From positions 1-31,077 of IMG/VR virus record IMGVR_UViG_3300020045_000911: 31,077 nt of DNA; one strand, 5' to 3'. This stretch comes from a virus. Its lineage: Duplodnaviria > Caudoviricetes. A program made the translations under genes and the position numbers. Every line of letters begins with the position of its first letter. The stretch's first letter is position 1. Of this stretch, positions 1-9,215 are shown one piece after another. The notes under the pieces were generated by a model. The model saw only the letters and a program-made list of their open reading frames with translations. It made no database searches and was not told the DNA's origin.

Positions 1-2
1 AC

Positions 3-299
3 GGTTACAAAGGGCTTTGTGAGATGCTTGGAGTGGCTGAAACTATGGCACGCAATGGAATTGGTGAAGAGGTATTGCCAGCGTGCGCAGTGGCTCAGAA
101 GGCTTTAATCAGCCTTAAGACTAGGTTTGAGAAGTGGCATAAATGGGACATCACACCGACTGAGTTACACGCCTTAACTGAGTTGTCAGAATGGCACGAC
201 TTGCAGCGGTGCAGCATTTCCCGTGGTGAGTATGCAAACTTTCTAAAGCAAGCAACAAACAGGATGCGCAGTCGTGCGCCTGAAGTTGTTGAAATATGA
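3..299 (+). CDS. hypothetical phage protein (probably 5'-truncated by the window edge)
   Basis: Frame is open from the window start through the ORF-track 24..299 call; its stop overlaps the next ATG (ATGA at 296-299). Confidence 0.65.
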   Translation, partial: GYKGLCEMLGVAETMARNGIGEEVLPACAVAQKALISLKTRFEKWHKWDITPTELHALTELSEWHDLQRCSISRGEYANFLKQATNRMRSRAPEVVEI

Positions 300-469
300 A
301 ATGCTTCAAATGCGGGCGTGCTTTGAAGTCTGGCACAAAGCATTTTTATCTGGATGGCAAGCCAATTGGCCCGACATGCTACGAAGCACTAGGACAGAAG
401 CCACAAAGTAAAGTCGCTAATAAAGTGATTATTAACGATCAACCGGATTTATTTAAGGAAATGAAATGA
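296..469 (+). CDS. small zinc-finger-like protein, 57 aa (not in ORF track)
   Basis: Translated by hand: MKCFKCGRALKSGTKHFYLDGKPIGPTCYEALGQK...DLFKEMK*. CxxCGRxL...IGPxC pattern; ATGA overlaps with both neighbours. Confidence 0.7.
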   Translation: MKCFKCGRALKSGTKHFYLDGKPIGPTCYEALGQKPQSKVANKVIINDQPDLFKEMK

Positions 470-1113
470 AAGTCACACTACGATGGGCAACGCCCGACAT
501 TGATAAAGAAATCGCTTACGAGGCTCGCATTAGCAGCGATAACCGAGACAATCCGAGCATTGCAGGGCTTCTTAACTACTGTATGCGCGAGGGCCATGTA
601 AGCCCGTTTGACATGGCTAACGTGTGCCTTGAGATTGACACGACGCGAGACATTGGACGCCAGATTTTGCGCCATTCATCAATCAAGTTTCAAGAGTTTA
701 GCCAACGCTACCAAGACGTTAATATTTTGCCTGACGCGCCGTTTCGTGAGTGCCGTTTGCAGGACGTTAAAAACCGTCAAAACAGCATTGAGATCAAGCC
801 GCATGAGAACGAGGGCTTGGTTCGATGGTGGGATGAAACCCAACAGAACGTTATGGACTTGGCCGAACGATCTTACGAAATGGCACTGAAATCTGGCATT
901 GCCAAAGAACAGGCCCGCGCATTATTGCCAGAGGGTTTAACTCCTAGTCGCATGGATTGCAATGGCACCATGCGAAGCTGGATTTTTTACCTTAAACAAC
1001 GTTTGCACGAATCAACCCAGAAAGAACACCGCCTGATTGCTCAGGAAGTCCTAGCCATTTTGCGAACCGTTGCACCCGTTACGATGATGGCGTTTTTCCC
1101 GGATGAAGTATGA
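466..1113 (+). CDS. thyX: FAD-dependent thymidylate synthase
   Basis: RHSSIKFQEFSQRY (ThyX RHxSxxxxxxSxR motif), GHVSPFDM, GIAKEQARALLP, TQKEHR. Confidence 0.95.
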   Translation: MKVTLRWATPDIDKEIAYEARISSDNRDNPSIAGLLNYCMREGHVSPFDMANVCLEIDTTRDIGRQILRHSSIKFQEFSQRYQDVNILPDAPFRECRLQDVKNRQNSIEIKPHENEGLVRWWDETQQNVMDLAERSYEMALKSGIAKEQARALLPEGLTPSRMDCNGTMRSWIFYLKQRLHESTQKEHRLIAQEVLAILRTVAPVTMMAFFPDEV

Positions 1114-1283
1114 AATTAATACCATTTCAAGATACTCTTGAAACTCTTATGCAATGCCTTCCCAGCGCTCCTTTTAAAAGACACTTGAAAGCTGAGATTG
1201 AAGCCTACGGCCAAGTCTGCCGCGATGCCGTGCTATCAGAAATCAAGGCTAAGATTGAAGACATGAAAAATGCACAAAATTAA
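1110..1283 (+). CDS. hypothetical protein, 57 aa (not in ORF track)
   Basis: MKLIPFQDTLETLMQCLPS...KNAQN*; ATGA overlap with the thyX stop and fills the gap to the next gene. Confidence 0.55.
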   Translation: MKLIPFQDTLETLMQCLPSAPFKRHLKAEIEAYGQVCRDAVLSEIKAKIEDMKNAQN

Positions 1284-1473
1284 TAGTGATGGTGCAGCGG
1301 TTGTAAATTATGACCTGCACTGGATCCCAATTGATGACAAAACGCAACGCGGTGTAAAAATGATGTTAATCAGCGACCAATATGGAATCGGACAGATTAG
1401 CTTTTACTCACCAACAGATACATACTTCACTCACTGGCATCCATTGCCAACATTCAAAAAGGAAAACAAATGA
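1270..1473 (+). CDS. hypothetical protein (DUF551-like)
   Basis: WIPI...THWHPLP motif typical of small phage DUF551-like proteins; ATGA overlap with the next gene. Confidence 0.65.
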   Translation: MHKINSDGAAVVNYDLHWIPIDDKTQRGVKMMLISDQYGIGQISFYSPTDTYFTHWHPLPTFKKENK

Positions 1474-1772
1474 GCTTTGAACAAACAGAAAAACAGGTTA
1501 TCAAATGGGCAGAAGATCGAAAGATTTTGCCAAATTCAACCAGTCAAACCCAGCTACTGAAAACTGTTTCAGAACTTGGTGAACTGGCAGACGCCATCAT
1601 TAAAGGCGACATCCACGGCATCATTGATGGACTAGGTGACGTGTTAGTGACGCTTATTATCGTTGCAGCTAAAGAAGACCTAAACTTAGTCGCTTGCCTT
1701 GAATGTGCTTACGATGAGATAAAGGATAGGACGGGAACTATGATGCCGAATGGAGTATTCGTTAAAGACTAA
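1470..1772 (+). CDS. MazG-like nucleotide pyrophosphohydrolase
   Basis: WAEDR..., QLLKTVSELGELADAI, DGLGDVLVTLII, AYDEIKDRTG...GVFVK; AAGGA RBS upstream. Confidence 0.9.
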   Translation: MSFEQTEKQVIKWAEDRKILPNSTSQTQLLKTVSELGELADAIIKGDIHGIIDGLGDVLVTLIIVAAKEDLNLVACLECAYDEIKDRTGTMMPNGVFVKD

Positions 1773-1800
1773 AAAGAAACCCGCACTAGGCGGGTTTTTT
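1771..1800. terminator. bidirectional rho-independent terminator
   Basis: AAACCCGC-actag-GCGGGTTT stem with an A-run before and T-run after, between convergent genes. Confidence 0.85.
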
Positions 1801-1801
1801 A

Positions 1802-2227
1802 TTACTTGCTTGCAACGCCTTTTATCTTGTCAACCGATCTCATTCCAGCAAGGCCAAGCAAGCCTAAAAGAACCTGAGTTGTAAGTGTTGTATCGAGTAC
1901 AGGGAACGCGCCAATGTACCCAAAGACAACAACAGCCACAAAGCGCATCATAGGCTCTATCATGGCCGCATAGATCATAGCAAAGCCGCAACCCCACAAG
2001 ATGAAAGGACGAGCACCAGACACGAACACGCTGCCTGATTTTGCATCCTCAGTATTAACGCCAATCTGAGCTTTTGCCAACTCGGTTTCAGCCGCCAATT
2101 GCGCTAACTCGCCAGATTGTTGCATCTTTAGTAGTTCAAGCTTTGCAATGTCACGCTGCGTTTCGTCTGGCCACAGTCGGTCAATTACCTTTGAACCAAG
2201 GCCAAGTAAAATAGATACGGGGTCCAT
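1802..2227 (-). CDS. putative holin (3TM, GTA-holin/DUF3154-like)
   Basis: KVIDRLWPD...AKLELLKMQQSGEL, FVSGARPFILWGCG, LLGLLGLAGMRSVDKIKG; adjacent to the endolysin; ATG at 2227 with AAGGA upstream is preferred to TTG at 2233. Confidence 0.8.
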   Translation of the reverse strand: MDPVSILLGLGSKVIDRLWPDETQRDIAKLELLKMQQSGELAQLAAETELAKAQIGVNTEDAKSGSVFVSGARPFILWGCGFAMIYAAMIEPMMRFVAVVVFGYIGAFPVLDTTLTTQVLLGLLGLAGMRSVDKIKGVASK

Positions 2228-2229
2228 TT

Positions 2230-2694
2230 TCAATCCTTCACAATACCCATTACAGTCCCAGAATGCGAGATTGTTATGATGCGGTTATTGATGTTTTTAG
2301 GTGTTTTTGTTGAAACATGAATCCATTGGCCATACTCTAAAATAAGCTGACCAATGCCAAGCGAATCAACCACTGGCGCTAGTTCTTTAGCAACTTCAAA
2401 CGGTGAGCCAAAACCAGGCGCTGTAAAGTCGATTGCACACATCAAAACGTGGTCTGATGTGTCTTTGCTTCCAATAGCCTTATTCAGTGGCAAACAGCGG
2501 TATCCTGACGACACGCGAACAGTTACAGGGTAGCCTTTAACCTTTGATAGATAGGCTCTGATAGCCTCCATCATGGCGGCTGTGCGTTGCGCTTCGCCAG
2601 TCAATTCAATTGGGAGATCGTTATCTATTCCAAGCCGAGCCGCCGTGCTGCTGCGTGTGAACTCTTCAAGATTAAAGTGGGGGCTTAGCTTCAT
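2230..2694 (-). CDS. endolysin, peptidase M15 family
   Basis: MKLSPHFNLEEFTRS, SSGYRC..LN..IGS..TSDH....AIDF, QLILEY..WIHVS (H-D-H zinc ligands). Start taken at ATG 2694. Confidence 0.88.
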   Translation of the reverse strand: MKLSPHFNLEEFTRSSTAARLGIDNDLPIELTGEAQRTAAMMEAIRAYLSKVKGYPVTVRVSSGYRCLPLNKAIGSKDTSDHVLMCAIDFTAPGFGSPFEVAKELAPVVDSLGIGQLILEYGQWIHVSTKTPKNINNRIITISHSGTVMGIVKD

Positions 2695-2745
2695 AGATTT
2701 TTTTCCATTCGTTTTCAAGCCAATAAGCCATAACAATCCAGCACA

Positions 2746-3000
2746 TCATTTGTCTGCCTTCTTATCTAGTTTTGCATCAATCTTGTCGAGTTTTACGAAC
2801 AGCGCGGAAGCTAGTTTATCCATGTCGTCACGTTTAACGTATTGACCAGCAACCAGTACTTCTATGTGCTGCACTTTTTCTACCAGTTCAGCATCTGATT
2901 CATGTAGACTTTTAATACTGTCTCGCAAAGAGTTAAGTACCCAACCACCCAAAAAGGCAATAAGAGAAAGGGCGATATTGAAGGCGGTTTGAGTATCCAT
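2746..3000 (-). CDS. single-TM plus coiled-coil lysis-cassette protein (holin/antiholin-like)
   Basis: MDTQTAFNIALSLIAFLGGWVL N-terminal TM segment, YVKRDD...LFVKLDKIDAKLDKK tail; immediately upstream of the endolysin. Confidence 0.7.
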   Translation of the reverse strand: MDTQTAFNIALSLIAFLGGWVLNSLRDSIKSLHESDAELVEKVQHIEVLVAGQYVKRDDMDKLASALFVKLDKIDAKLDKKADK

Positions 3001-3108
3001 TTTTATAAATATTTTCCTATTAAGCAAGCGACAAACTAAGCCTAGACGCTATGAGATCAGAATCCCATAGTGCCTTGGATAAGTTTGAGATTAGTTTTTC
3101 GCGGCTCA

Positions 3109-3345
3109 TTATTTAACCAGTAATACAAACAAAGAAGCCAAAGCGCCTCCAGCGCATGTTGCGATGGCGTCCCAGACATCGCAGGTGTGCACATCGGGGT
3201 GGCGGCTGTCATAGACCTCTTTCGCTAAAGCAGCTGCGAGGCAGATCAGCAAGCCCCACCAGAGCGGGCGACTGGCTATGACTGGTAACAAAACGAGGAC
3301 AGCCCCGCTTAGGGCGTGGGCTTGTTTGTCGATCTGGATATTCAT
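3109..3345 (-). CDS. small membrane protein
   Basis: DKQAHAL.G, AKEVYD, DAIAT..GG pattern with 2-3 hydrophobic segments. Confidence 0.7.
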   Translation of the reverse strand: MNIQIDKQAHALSGAVLVLLPVIASRPLWWGLLICLAAALAKEVYDSRHPDVHTCDVWDAIATCAGGALASLFVLLVK

Positions 3346-3351
3346 GACAAT

Positions 3352-5358
3352 TTATGCAAAAGCTACTTTGCTCGGCATCTTGACGGTAGCTCCCCCGGCC
3401 ACTGCCCTGGTAGCGTTATATAGGTTATCAATGTCAATGAAGATATTTCCTCCGGTAGCATACCCGAATTGCGTTAATGCTACTGTATCAGCGTTGTTTC
3501 GTACAACTCCGGTAATATCAATGTTGCACCCACTACCACCAGCAACAAACAATTGTCGCCCCGCGCCTGCATCGTTCTGTCCGGTATAGGCTGATAGCGA
3601 TGTATTCAACATTCTGACATTTCCGTTATTTGGAGCCTGTAACAACACTCCAGCCCACCCATCTAGAGAAATTCCATCTGTTAGAACATTCACATACGAA
3701 GTAGAGTCCGCTCTAATAAATCCTGCTGCTGATGTATAGGACTGGCCATTAGCATAGACATCCCGAATTACAAATTGACATGTAGCCCGGCCAAGTGAAG
3801 CGGTTCCATTTAGTTTAAAGGTTGAATCTCTGAAGTTTTTAATGGAAGCGCTTCCAATTGTTCCAAGAAGACTTGTTCCGGTGATCATGTTGCAGAACAC
3901 ATTGCCTACATAGGATGTAGCTTCTGAGTTGTAACCATCGAACAGAATATTTCCTAGGTTAAAAGAACCTAAATCACCCGCTTCAATAATTGTCATTCCA
4001 TTCAAAGCACAAGCACGGGCTTGAATGTTTATTATATTCACCGTCGAGCTAGTTGCCTGAGTATCCGGCCAATCAGCAACAAAGCAACCAAGTCCTATAG
4101 ACTGTGCTATTGTTGAGTAGAGTTCCAGGTTATTTCCGGAAACAATGGATTGAGCAAAGGCAACTCCTGTCACACAATTTTCGACAAATATTTTGTCAAA
4201 GTAGGTGTCAACGCAGGATGAAAACTGTACACCAACTCCATTTCGCAAAACTCCGTGGGTGTCGGTAGTGTAGGTCTGTCCACCAGATACCCAAATCTCA
4301 CCAATAATTAGAGAGTCACCCTGAAAAAAAGCCATCGATTTTGCGGCTGAACTGTACTTTTGTGCGTCCGTTACACCGGTCGGGTTGTAAGCGGTTATCT
4401 TAAAACCATCGGCCACCGTCAACTCGCCGGTATAGAAGGCACCGAACAGCACGTAATCGGTTGATGCCATGTTGGTGCGAATCAGGTAGGAGGCATTTAC
4501 GCCTGCCCCCAGCATCTTGAATCCGGTCACTTTGTAGTAGGGTCCTATTCCGCTACCCCATGCAAACGTACCGTCAATCCGGTAACAGCCTCGGCCAAGT
4601 TCAAGTATGCCATCCGGGTATTGTGTGCGCCAATTTGCGCCTTCTGCGACCGAGTAATTACCCACGGCAGCGCGGTAGGCTTTGGTCAGGTTGTTGGTCT
4701 GGTCGACAATTGTCAGGATATCGGCAAGGCTGTAGACCTTGGCACAAAACCAATCTGCTTTTACGTTGCAATTCCGAATGACCACGGACGTGTTGGCAGT
4801 TGGCGCTGTAAGAAAATCGTCTGACGTGCTGAATATCGTGTGCCAGTCAGCGTCAATGCCTGCGCTAAAAGTTGCAACCTTTGTTGCGGCAACCGTAATC
4901 ATTGCACCTGGCATGATGCTAACAGGCATCGGGAATGTGGTGTCGGCGCTGATAGTGTACGCGCCGGGAGCAAATACAAGTCCAGACACGCCAGATGTCG
5001 ATGCGGCTGCTATAGACGGGAAGTCTGAAACATAACTAATATTACGCAATTCATTCTGCACAGTCGTCGCAACAGCCCCAACACCATCAGGAATATAACT
5101 AACATCAGAAGCATCAAGCCCCGTCAATACATCTGCTTTAATAATAGCTGTTGAAACGCTTTTCTCACCAAGTCCCTGGCGAACTAAAAACAAGTCAGCA
5201 TCATCCAGAGCAACAGCCGGAGTTAAATCAGCCAAAGAAACCTTTGTTGCTGCCAACTTGCTAATAATTGCAGGCTCACTTGCTGCAAGTGACAGGATGG
5301 CAGCATTCTGTGCAATTAACGCCCGTGTCTGGGCTTCTTCGGTAGTAGTCAACGACAT
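3352..5358 (-). CDS. tailspike / tail fibre with parallel beta-helix domain
   Basis: N-terminal anchor, VSYIPDGVGAVATTVQNELR linker, FAPGAYTIS and LELGRGCYRI...GAGVNASYL beta-helix starts; last gene of the tail module. Confidence 0.8.
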   Translation of the reverse strand: MSLTTTEEAQTRALIAQNAAILSLAASEPAIISKLAATKVSLADLTPAVALDDADLFLVRQGLGEKSVSTAIIKADVLTGLDASDVSYIPDGVGAVATTVQNELRNISYVSDFPSIAAASTSGVSGLVFAPGAYTISADTTFPMPVSIMPGAMITVAATKVATFSAGIDADWHTIFSTSDDFLTAPTANTSVVIRNCNVKADWFCAKVYSLADILTIVDQTNNLTKAYRAAVGNYSVAEGANWRTQYPDGILELGRGCYRIDGTFAWGSGIGPYYKVTGFKMLGAGVNASYLIRTNMASTDYVLFGAFYTGELTVADGFKITAYNPTGVTDAQKYSSAAKSMAFFQGDSLIIGEIWVSGGQTYTTDTHGVLRNGVGVQFSSCVDTYFDKIFVENCVTGVAFAQSIVSGNNLELYSTIAQSIGLGCFVADWPDTQATSSTVNIINIQARACALNGMTIIEAGDLGSFNLGNILFDGYNSEATSYVGNVFCNMITGTSLLGTIGSASIKNFRDSTFKLNGTASLGRATCQFVIRDVYANGQSYTSAAGFIRADSTSYVNVLTDGISLDGWAGVLLQAPNNGNVRMLNTSLSAYTGQNDAGAGRQLFVAGGSGCNIDITGVVRNNADTVALTQFGYATGGNIFIDIDNLYNATRAVAGGATVKMPSKVAFA

Positions 5359-5799
5359 TTACAGTTCTCCAACTTGACGGGAATACCCGACTATTTTCAC
5401 ATTAGTTCCGCCGATAACCGGCTGATTTCCATTAATTGTACCCGTTCCGAGTGTCAATGTCGCACTTGAAATAACCTTTAAACTTGGAATAACTCCAGCG
5501 GATTTATAACCAATTGCAACCAAGTATTTATTAGGGTCTACAATATCAAAAGCCTCTAGGCGAATCAATGCGTTTTCAGTAGTAAAAAGATTAACTCCGT
5601 TTGCGTCGGTAACAACATCACGGTTAATGTGCTTAAACAATCGGTTAACTAACCAATTAAGCCACTGAGCAGGCAATGGCTGACCTCGACTAGTTGCTGT
5701 AGCCGGTACAAAACCAGCCAACATAACGGCTTCAGGTGGCTGATTCAGGTTTTGCTGACCGTCTGAATAAGTTGTGAAAGTATTTGCAAATGTTGTCAT
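5359..5799 (-). CDS. tail fibre-associated baseplate protein
   Basis: GFVP...RGQPLPAQWLNWL motif typical of fibre N-termini after DUF2612; synteny. Confidence 0.65.
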   Translation of the reverse strand: MTTFANTFTTYSDGQQNLNQPPEAVMLAGFVPATATSRGQPLPAQWLNWLVNRLFKHINRDVVTDANGVNLFTTENALIRLEAFDIVDPNKYLVAIGYKSAGVIPSLKVISSATLTLGTGTINGNQPVIGGTNVKIVGYSRQVGEL

Positions 5800-6524
5800 T
5801 GTAAAACGCCAGTTAAGTGATAACCAGACTCAATTTTAGTCTGATATTCTGAATCATGAATCACAAGGATTGAACCATTAACATCAATCAACTGCACTCC
5901 AGCCGTCAAATCAGCTGGCGCTACGCCTCCAAAAGTAGGGCCAGTGAATGCGCCTAAGATTGATGTAACCTGAATATCTGAGCCGTTGGCAGTTAAGTAA
6001 TCAGCGCCATTATTTACAAACAAGTCACCATTGTCTGAGTACTTCATAAACCTGAATGGCAATTCAGCATATGAAACCAAAACAGGCACATCTGAAATAG
6101 AAGCCGGTGCCAAGTCTTGAATCTGCGCTTGAATGTCAATCGGAACATCAGGACCGTCTGCAAACAGAATAGAAGTGGCAGGATACATCTCGATGTATTG
6201 CTTATCGTCAGAGTCAATAAGGTATTGCAAGCCATCAATCAAAGCATCCGGCGTACCTTCTGAAATGTTGACGAACACACGAAAGCGAATGGCCTTGCGA
6301 TAAGCGTCATCATCACGTCCGGCCCTAAGTTCACCAACGATGTAACCGCAGCCGTCTAACTGCTTTCCGATGGCATTATCAATCCAGCGCTCAGTTTTAA
6401 ACTCATCTGTCGTGGTTTTAACAGCATCCAAAGGCCCGACGATAGCCTCCAGCAAGGCCAGCACCTTTGGCGATGCCTGAAACTGGCTAGTAGCCCGTTC
6501 TAGGGCTTCGCTGACTAGGCTCAT
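5796..6524 (-). CDS. baseplate wedge protein (DUF2612-like)
   Basis: SQFQASPK, AIGKQLDGCGYIVG.R, DDAYRKAIRFRVFVN.S.GT; follows baseplate J. Confidence 0.85.
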   Translation of the reverse strand: MSLVSEALERATSQFQASPKVLALLEAIVGPLDAVKTTTDEFKTERWIDNAIGKQLDGCGYIVGELRAGRDDDAYRKAIRFRVFVNISEGTPDALIDGLQYLIDSDDKQYIEMYPATSILFADGPDVPIDIQAQIQDLAPASISDVPVLVSYAELPFRFMKYSDNGDLFVNNGADYLTANGSDIQVTSILGAFTGPTFGGVAPADLTAGVQLIDVNGSILVIHDSEYQTKIESGYHLTGVLQ

Positions 6525-7942
6525 ACACCAACCACCGATATGCGCTCAACTGCAAACGCTGCAATACCCGCTCGCCCAATGGCGATGTTGTTTGTCGAGT
6601 AACTTGGTGTACCTCCTTCGGTGGCTGTAATAGCCGCCTCGACAGTGATCTGACCTAGGCCAGTTGTAGCGGTGTAAATTGGTCCATAGAAACGCTGCGT
6701 AATGATGTCTTCACCAACATTGATCAACGATCCATAAGCAAGCACGGCGTCAATGATGGCGGTCTGTACTGTACTCGGTAAAGTCTCTTCGGTATAAAGC
6801 GCATCCACAGAAACACGAATCCAAGCGTATTGCGTAACTGGGCGTGAGAACTTGATCGTTTGACCATCGCCATTGTCGTCAATCACTTGGCCGGACGTAC
6901 TGCCATAAGTCTCAATACCAGCCGGTTTAAGCTCCCAAAGCTTATCTAGAATGTCCTGCGTAGCTCCACCGACTACAACCGTTTCAAAGCTATGAGCTGG
7001 CATCGAATCAACTACTTCATTAGTGCGATTCTCATAAATGTAAGCCGCTGTAATCTCGGGGATGTCTGAAATCAATCTGGCGCGAATGGCTTTTACCGTG
7101 GCACTACCAGTGGCACGAATACTAGTCGAATGACGGTCACGCAAATCAGCGTCTGACTCTGTATCGCGTCCCGTCACTCCAGCCACCAGATTAGACACTT
7201 CTGACCAGCCAAGTATGGGACTGTCAATGATATTCAAAGCGCCAACCGGCAAGACGTTAGAGCCAAGTTCAGTGGAGATAAAAACAGCCGGTGAACCAAG
7301 CTTTGTGATCGTCAGATTGGCGTCAAGCGTCAGTGGGAAATCTGATACTTTATCAAAGCTGTAAACGCGAACCTTTGAACCCGTGGCCACCGCCGTGAAG
7401 TTGGCAGGATTAAACGCCGCCGCAAGGCCCGTAGCAATCTCGCCAGCCGTGGCACTAGCATCGCTCGTATAAGCCGCCAAAACACCGCCTGCGATGATCT
7501 GGTAAGACGTGGCATTGAGTACCGTGGTAACTTCAATTTCAACATCTAAAGCATTGGCCCGGCTAATCACGACATCCGAAGTCGTGGCGTATTGCTTGGT
7601 GCCTGACCGCGTAAGAACGCCAGCCGGTAGTAACGTCGCCTCTGATCCATAAACGCAGGCTGTAACCGTCGTGGCGCTAGAGCCTAGACGCTCCAAACCA
7701 ACAAACGCCACAGCACCATCTAGGCTCACGCCTTCTGCACTGTACGGATACATTGCGTCATAAGTCGTCTGTAGTGTCTCTTGGATATCATCCAAAGCCG
7801 CAGCGAAGATGCCAATCATTTGACCGACAACAGCGTCAGGCGATGTGTTAACAGGCCCTAGAGCGTCAGTAAAACGCTGATCGAAATCCGCTTTAATGTC
7901 GGCTAATCGCTCGCGCTCAAAGCCCGTTGTATTAAGTGGCAT
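6521..7942 (-). CDS. baseplate J-like protein
   Basis: AEGVSLD...GLER, GRDTESDADLRDR, IYENRT...MPAHSFETVVVGG, KPAGIETYG, FSRP. Confidence 0.92.
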   Translation of the reverse strand: MPLNTTGFERERLADIKADFDQRFTDALGPVNTSPDAVVGQMIGIFAAALDDIQETLQTTYDAMYPYSAEGVSLDGAVAFVGLERLGSSATTVTACVYGSEATLLPAGVLTRSGTKQYATTSDVVISRANALDVEIEVTTVLNATSYQIIAGGVLAAYTSDASATAGEIATGLAAAFNPANFTAVATGSKVRVYSFDKVSDFPLTLDANLTITKLGSPAVFISTELGSNVLPVGALNIIDSPILGWSEVSNLVAGVTGRDTESDADLRDRHSTSIRATGSATVKAIRARLISDIPEITAAYIYENRTNEVVDSMPAHSFETVVVGGATQDILDKLWELKPAGIETYGSTSGQVIDDNGDGQTIKFSRPVTQYAWIRVSVDALYTEETLPSTVQTAIIDAVLAYGSLINVGEDIITQRFYGPIYTATTGLGQITVEAAITATEGGTPSYSTNNIAIGRAGIAAFAVERISVVGV

Positions 7943-8282
7943 AAGTGATTAATCCGTAAGGTGTTTGAACATCAAACTCAACATCTAAAGACCGGGCCGA
8001 GCGATTGAAATCAAAGGTAAACCGCGTGATACTTTGCACGCCATCCACGGCCATGATCGACGCTTTAAGCGCAGCAACAGACCCGGCAAGGCTAATCTGT
8101 TTGCCTAGAATTTCAGCGGTGTAAGGTGTGCCAAACTCAGTATCCATAAACCACTCTCCTTGCCAAAGTTTTAGCTTGATGGCCAAGTGCTGACGCACAC
8201 GTTCAGCTCCATCTAGCAAAACAAGATCATTGTTTACAAGATACAGATCGTGCGTCAGCGGGTCTAGGGCTAGATCAATCAT
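7932..8282 (-). CDS. baseplate wedge protein (gpW/gp46-like)
   Basis: LKLWQGEWFMDTEFGTPY, VDGV.SI, VQTPYG; sits between spike and J. Confidence 0.85.
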   Translation of the reverse strand: MIDLALDPLTHDLYLVNNDLVLLDGAERVRQHLAIKLKLWQGEWFMDTEFGTPYTAEILGKQISLAGSVAALKASIMAVDGVQSITRFTFDFNRSARSLDVEFDVQTPYGLITYAT

Positions 8283-8965
8283 ACTGGCGCCCCTGTATTA
8301 CTTGGACCAGACTGAACGCCACTATGAACGTGAGTTGCAAGCACAATGCCATTAGATGACAAGTCACCGTCTGTTTGCACAATTGAGCCACTGATCGAAG
8401 TTCCTGCGCCACCGCCTGAACCAGCCATGCCAGCCACATACGTCAGTAAGCCTTGAGTCGTCAGCGCCCCGGTATTGGTTGTTTGTGGTGTATCAACGGT
8501 AACGCCACCCGGCGCAGTAATAGTAACGGCGCCACCAGAGCTAATCCGAATCGACCCAGGCCCGTAGAACACCGTTAAATCAGCATTGTTGCCACTATCT
8601 CCAGCGCCAGCGGTGCCAAGATCACAAGGGATGACGTAAGCGTCTGAAATGTCAAACCGGCGCATATCGTCTGTGCCATCAACAGCTTGCTGCGCGAACA
8701 CAATCAGGCACTTGTCACCAGCTAATACCGGCCCTTTAACGCCAGCCATGCCGCCAGCGAAGCTAGGCCAGCACACGCGGACATTCTGAAGAATTGGGAA
8801 TGGCAACACGTCACCGTCAGCATATCGCTTGCTAGGCGTAGGCTGAACACTGGCGCGACCATTGGCGTAACCAACGATCACCCCCGGAAGGGACGTGTTT
8901 ATCTCGCCCGTTTTCGAGTCAATAAGTTTGCGTAAAGCGTCAACGAAATCAATTTGTTCAGCCAT
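8279..8965 (-). CDS. baseplate central spike (Gp138/gpV-like)
   Basis: TSLPG, ASVQP, GDKCLIVFAQ, RRFDISDA, C-terminal THVHSGVQSG iron-binding HxH motif. Confidence 0.9.
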   Translation of the reverse strand: MAEQIDFVDALRKLIDSKTGEINTSLPGVIVGYANGRASVQPTPSKRYADGDVLPFPILQNVRVCWPSFAGGMAGVKGPVLAGDKCLIVFAQQAVDGTDDMRRFDISDAYVIPCDLGTAGAGDSGNNADLTVFYGPGSIRISSGGAVTITAPGGVTVDTPQTTNTGALTTQGLLTYVAGMAGSGGGAGTSISGSIVQTDGDLSSNGIVLATHVHSGVQSGPSNTGAPV

Positions 8966-8972
8966 TAATCAC

Positions 8973-9001
8973 ATTTTACGGTATTTGTCTATTGGTGAAA
9001 A
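8973..9001 (-). promoter_or_regulatory. putative promoter for a leaderless spike-gene transcript
   Basis: TAAAAT (8978-8973) lies 7 nt upstream of ATG 8965; weak -35 TTTTCA at 17 nt; no SD sequence. Confidence 0.5.
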
Positions 9002-9037
9002 CCCCTAGTAAAAATAGTGGTTGTATTGGTGTATCAT
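8995..9037 (+). promoter_or_regulatory. putative promoter of the RNA island with GAAAACCCCTAG motif
   Basis: TATCAT -10-like hexamer at 9032-9037; GTGAAAACCCCTAG at 8995-9008 recurs at other island boundaries. Confidence 0.4.
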
Positions 9038-9060
9038 TTGGCTGTGCTTTAAAAAAGGCA

Positions 9061-9215
9061 TATCAAGAAAGTAGCGGCGTTGAAGGAAACGCAAATGAGT
9101 GCACGCATCAACATAGTTTCGTCTAGAGATTAGGACGCATCGAATTAGGTGTAACGTCAGGTTAAAATCCTGTCAACTATGTAGCTGGAATCAAGCCCAG
9201 CCCACTTTCTTGATA
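9061..9215 (+). ncRNA. structured RNA module A: tRNA-like element containing a nested tRNA-Glu-like cloverleaf
   Basis: Perfect 12-bp closing stem TATCAAGAAAGT/ACTTTCTTGATA; GCGTT-gaagga-AACGC and GCTGG-aatcaagc-CCAGC hairpins; inner cloverleaf at 9111-9182. Confidence 0.6.

Noticed and set aside
9184-9201. Twister ribozyme suggested by GG-AATCAAGC-CC
   Set aside because: The loop resembles twister L4, but I could not place the conserved UAA cleavage-site bulge or a full T1 pseudoknot; a T-arm-like reading fits better.
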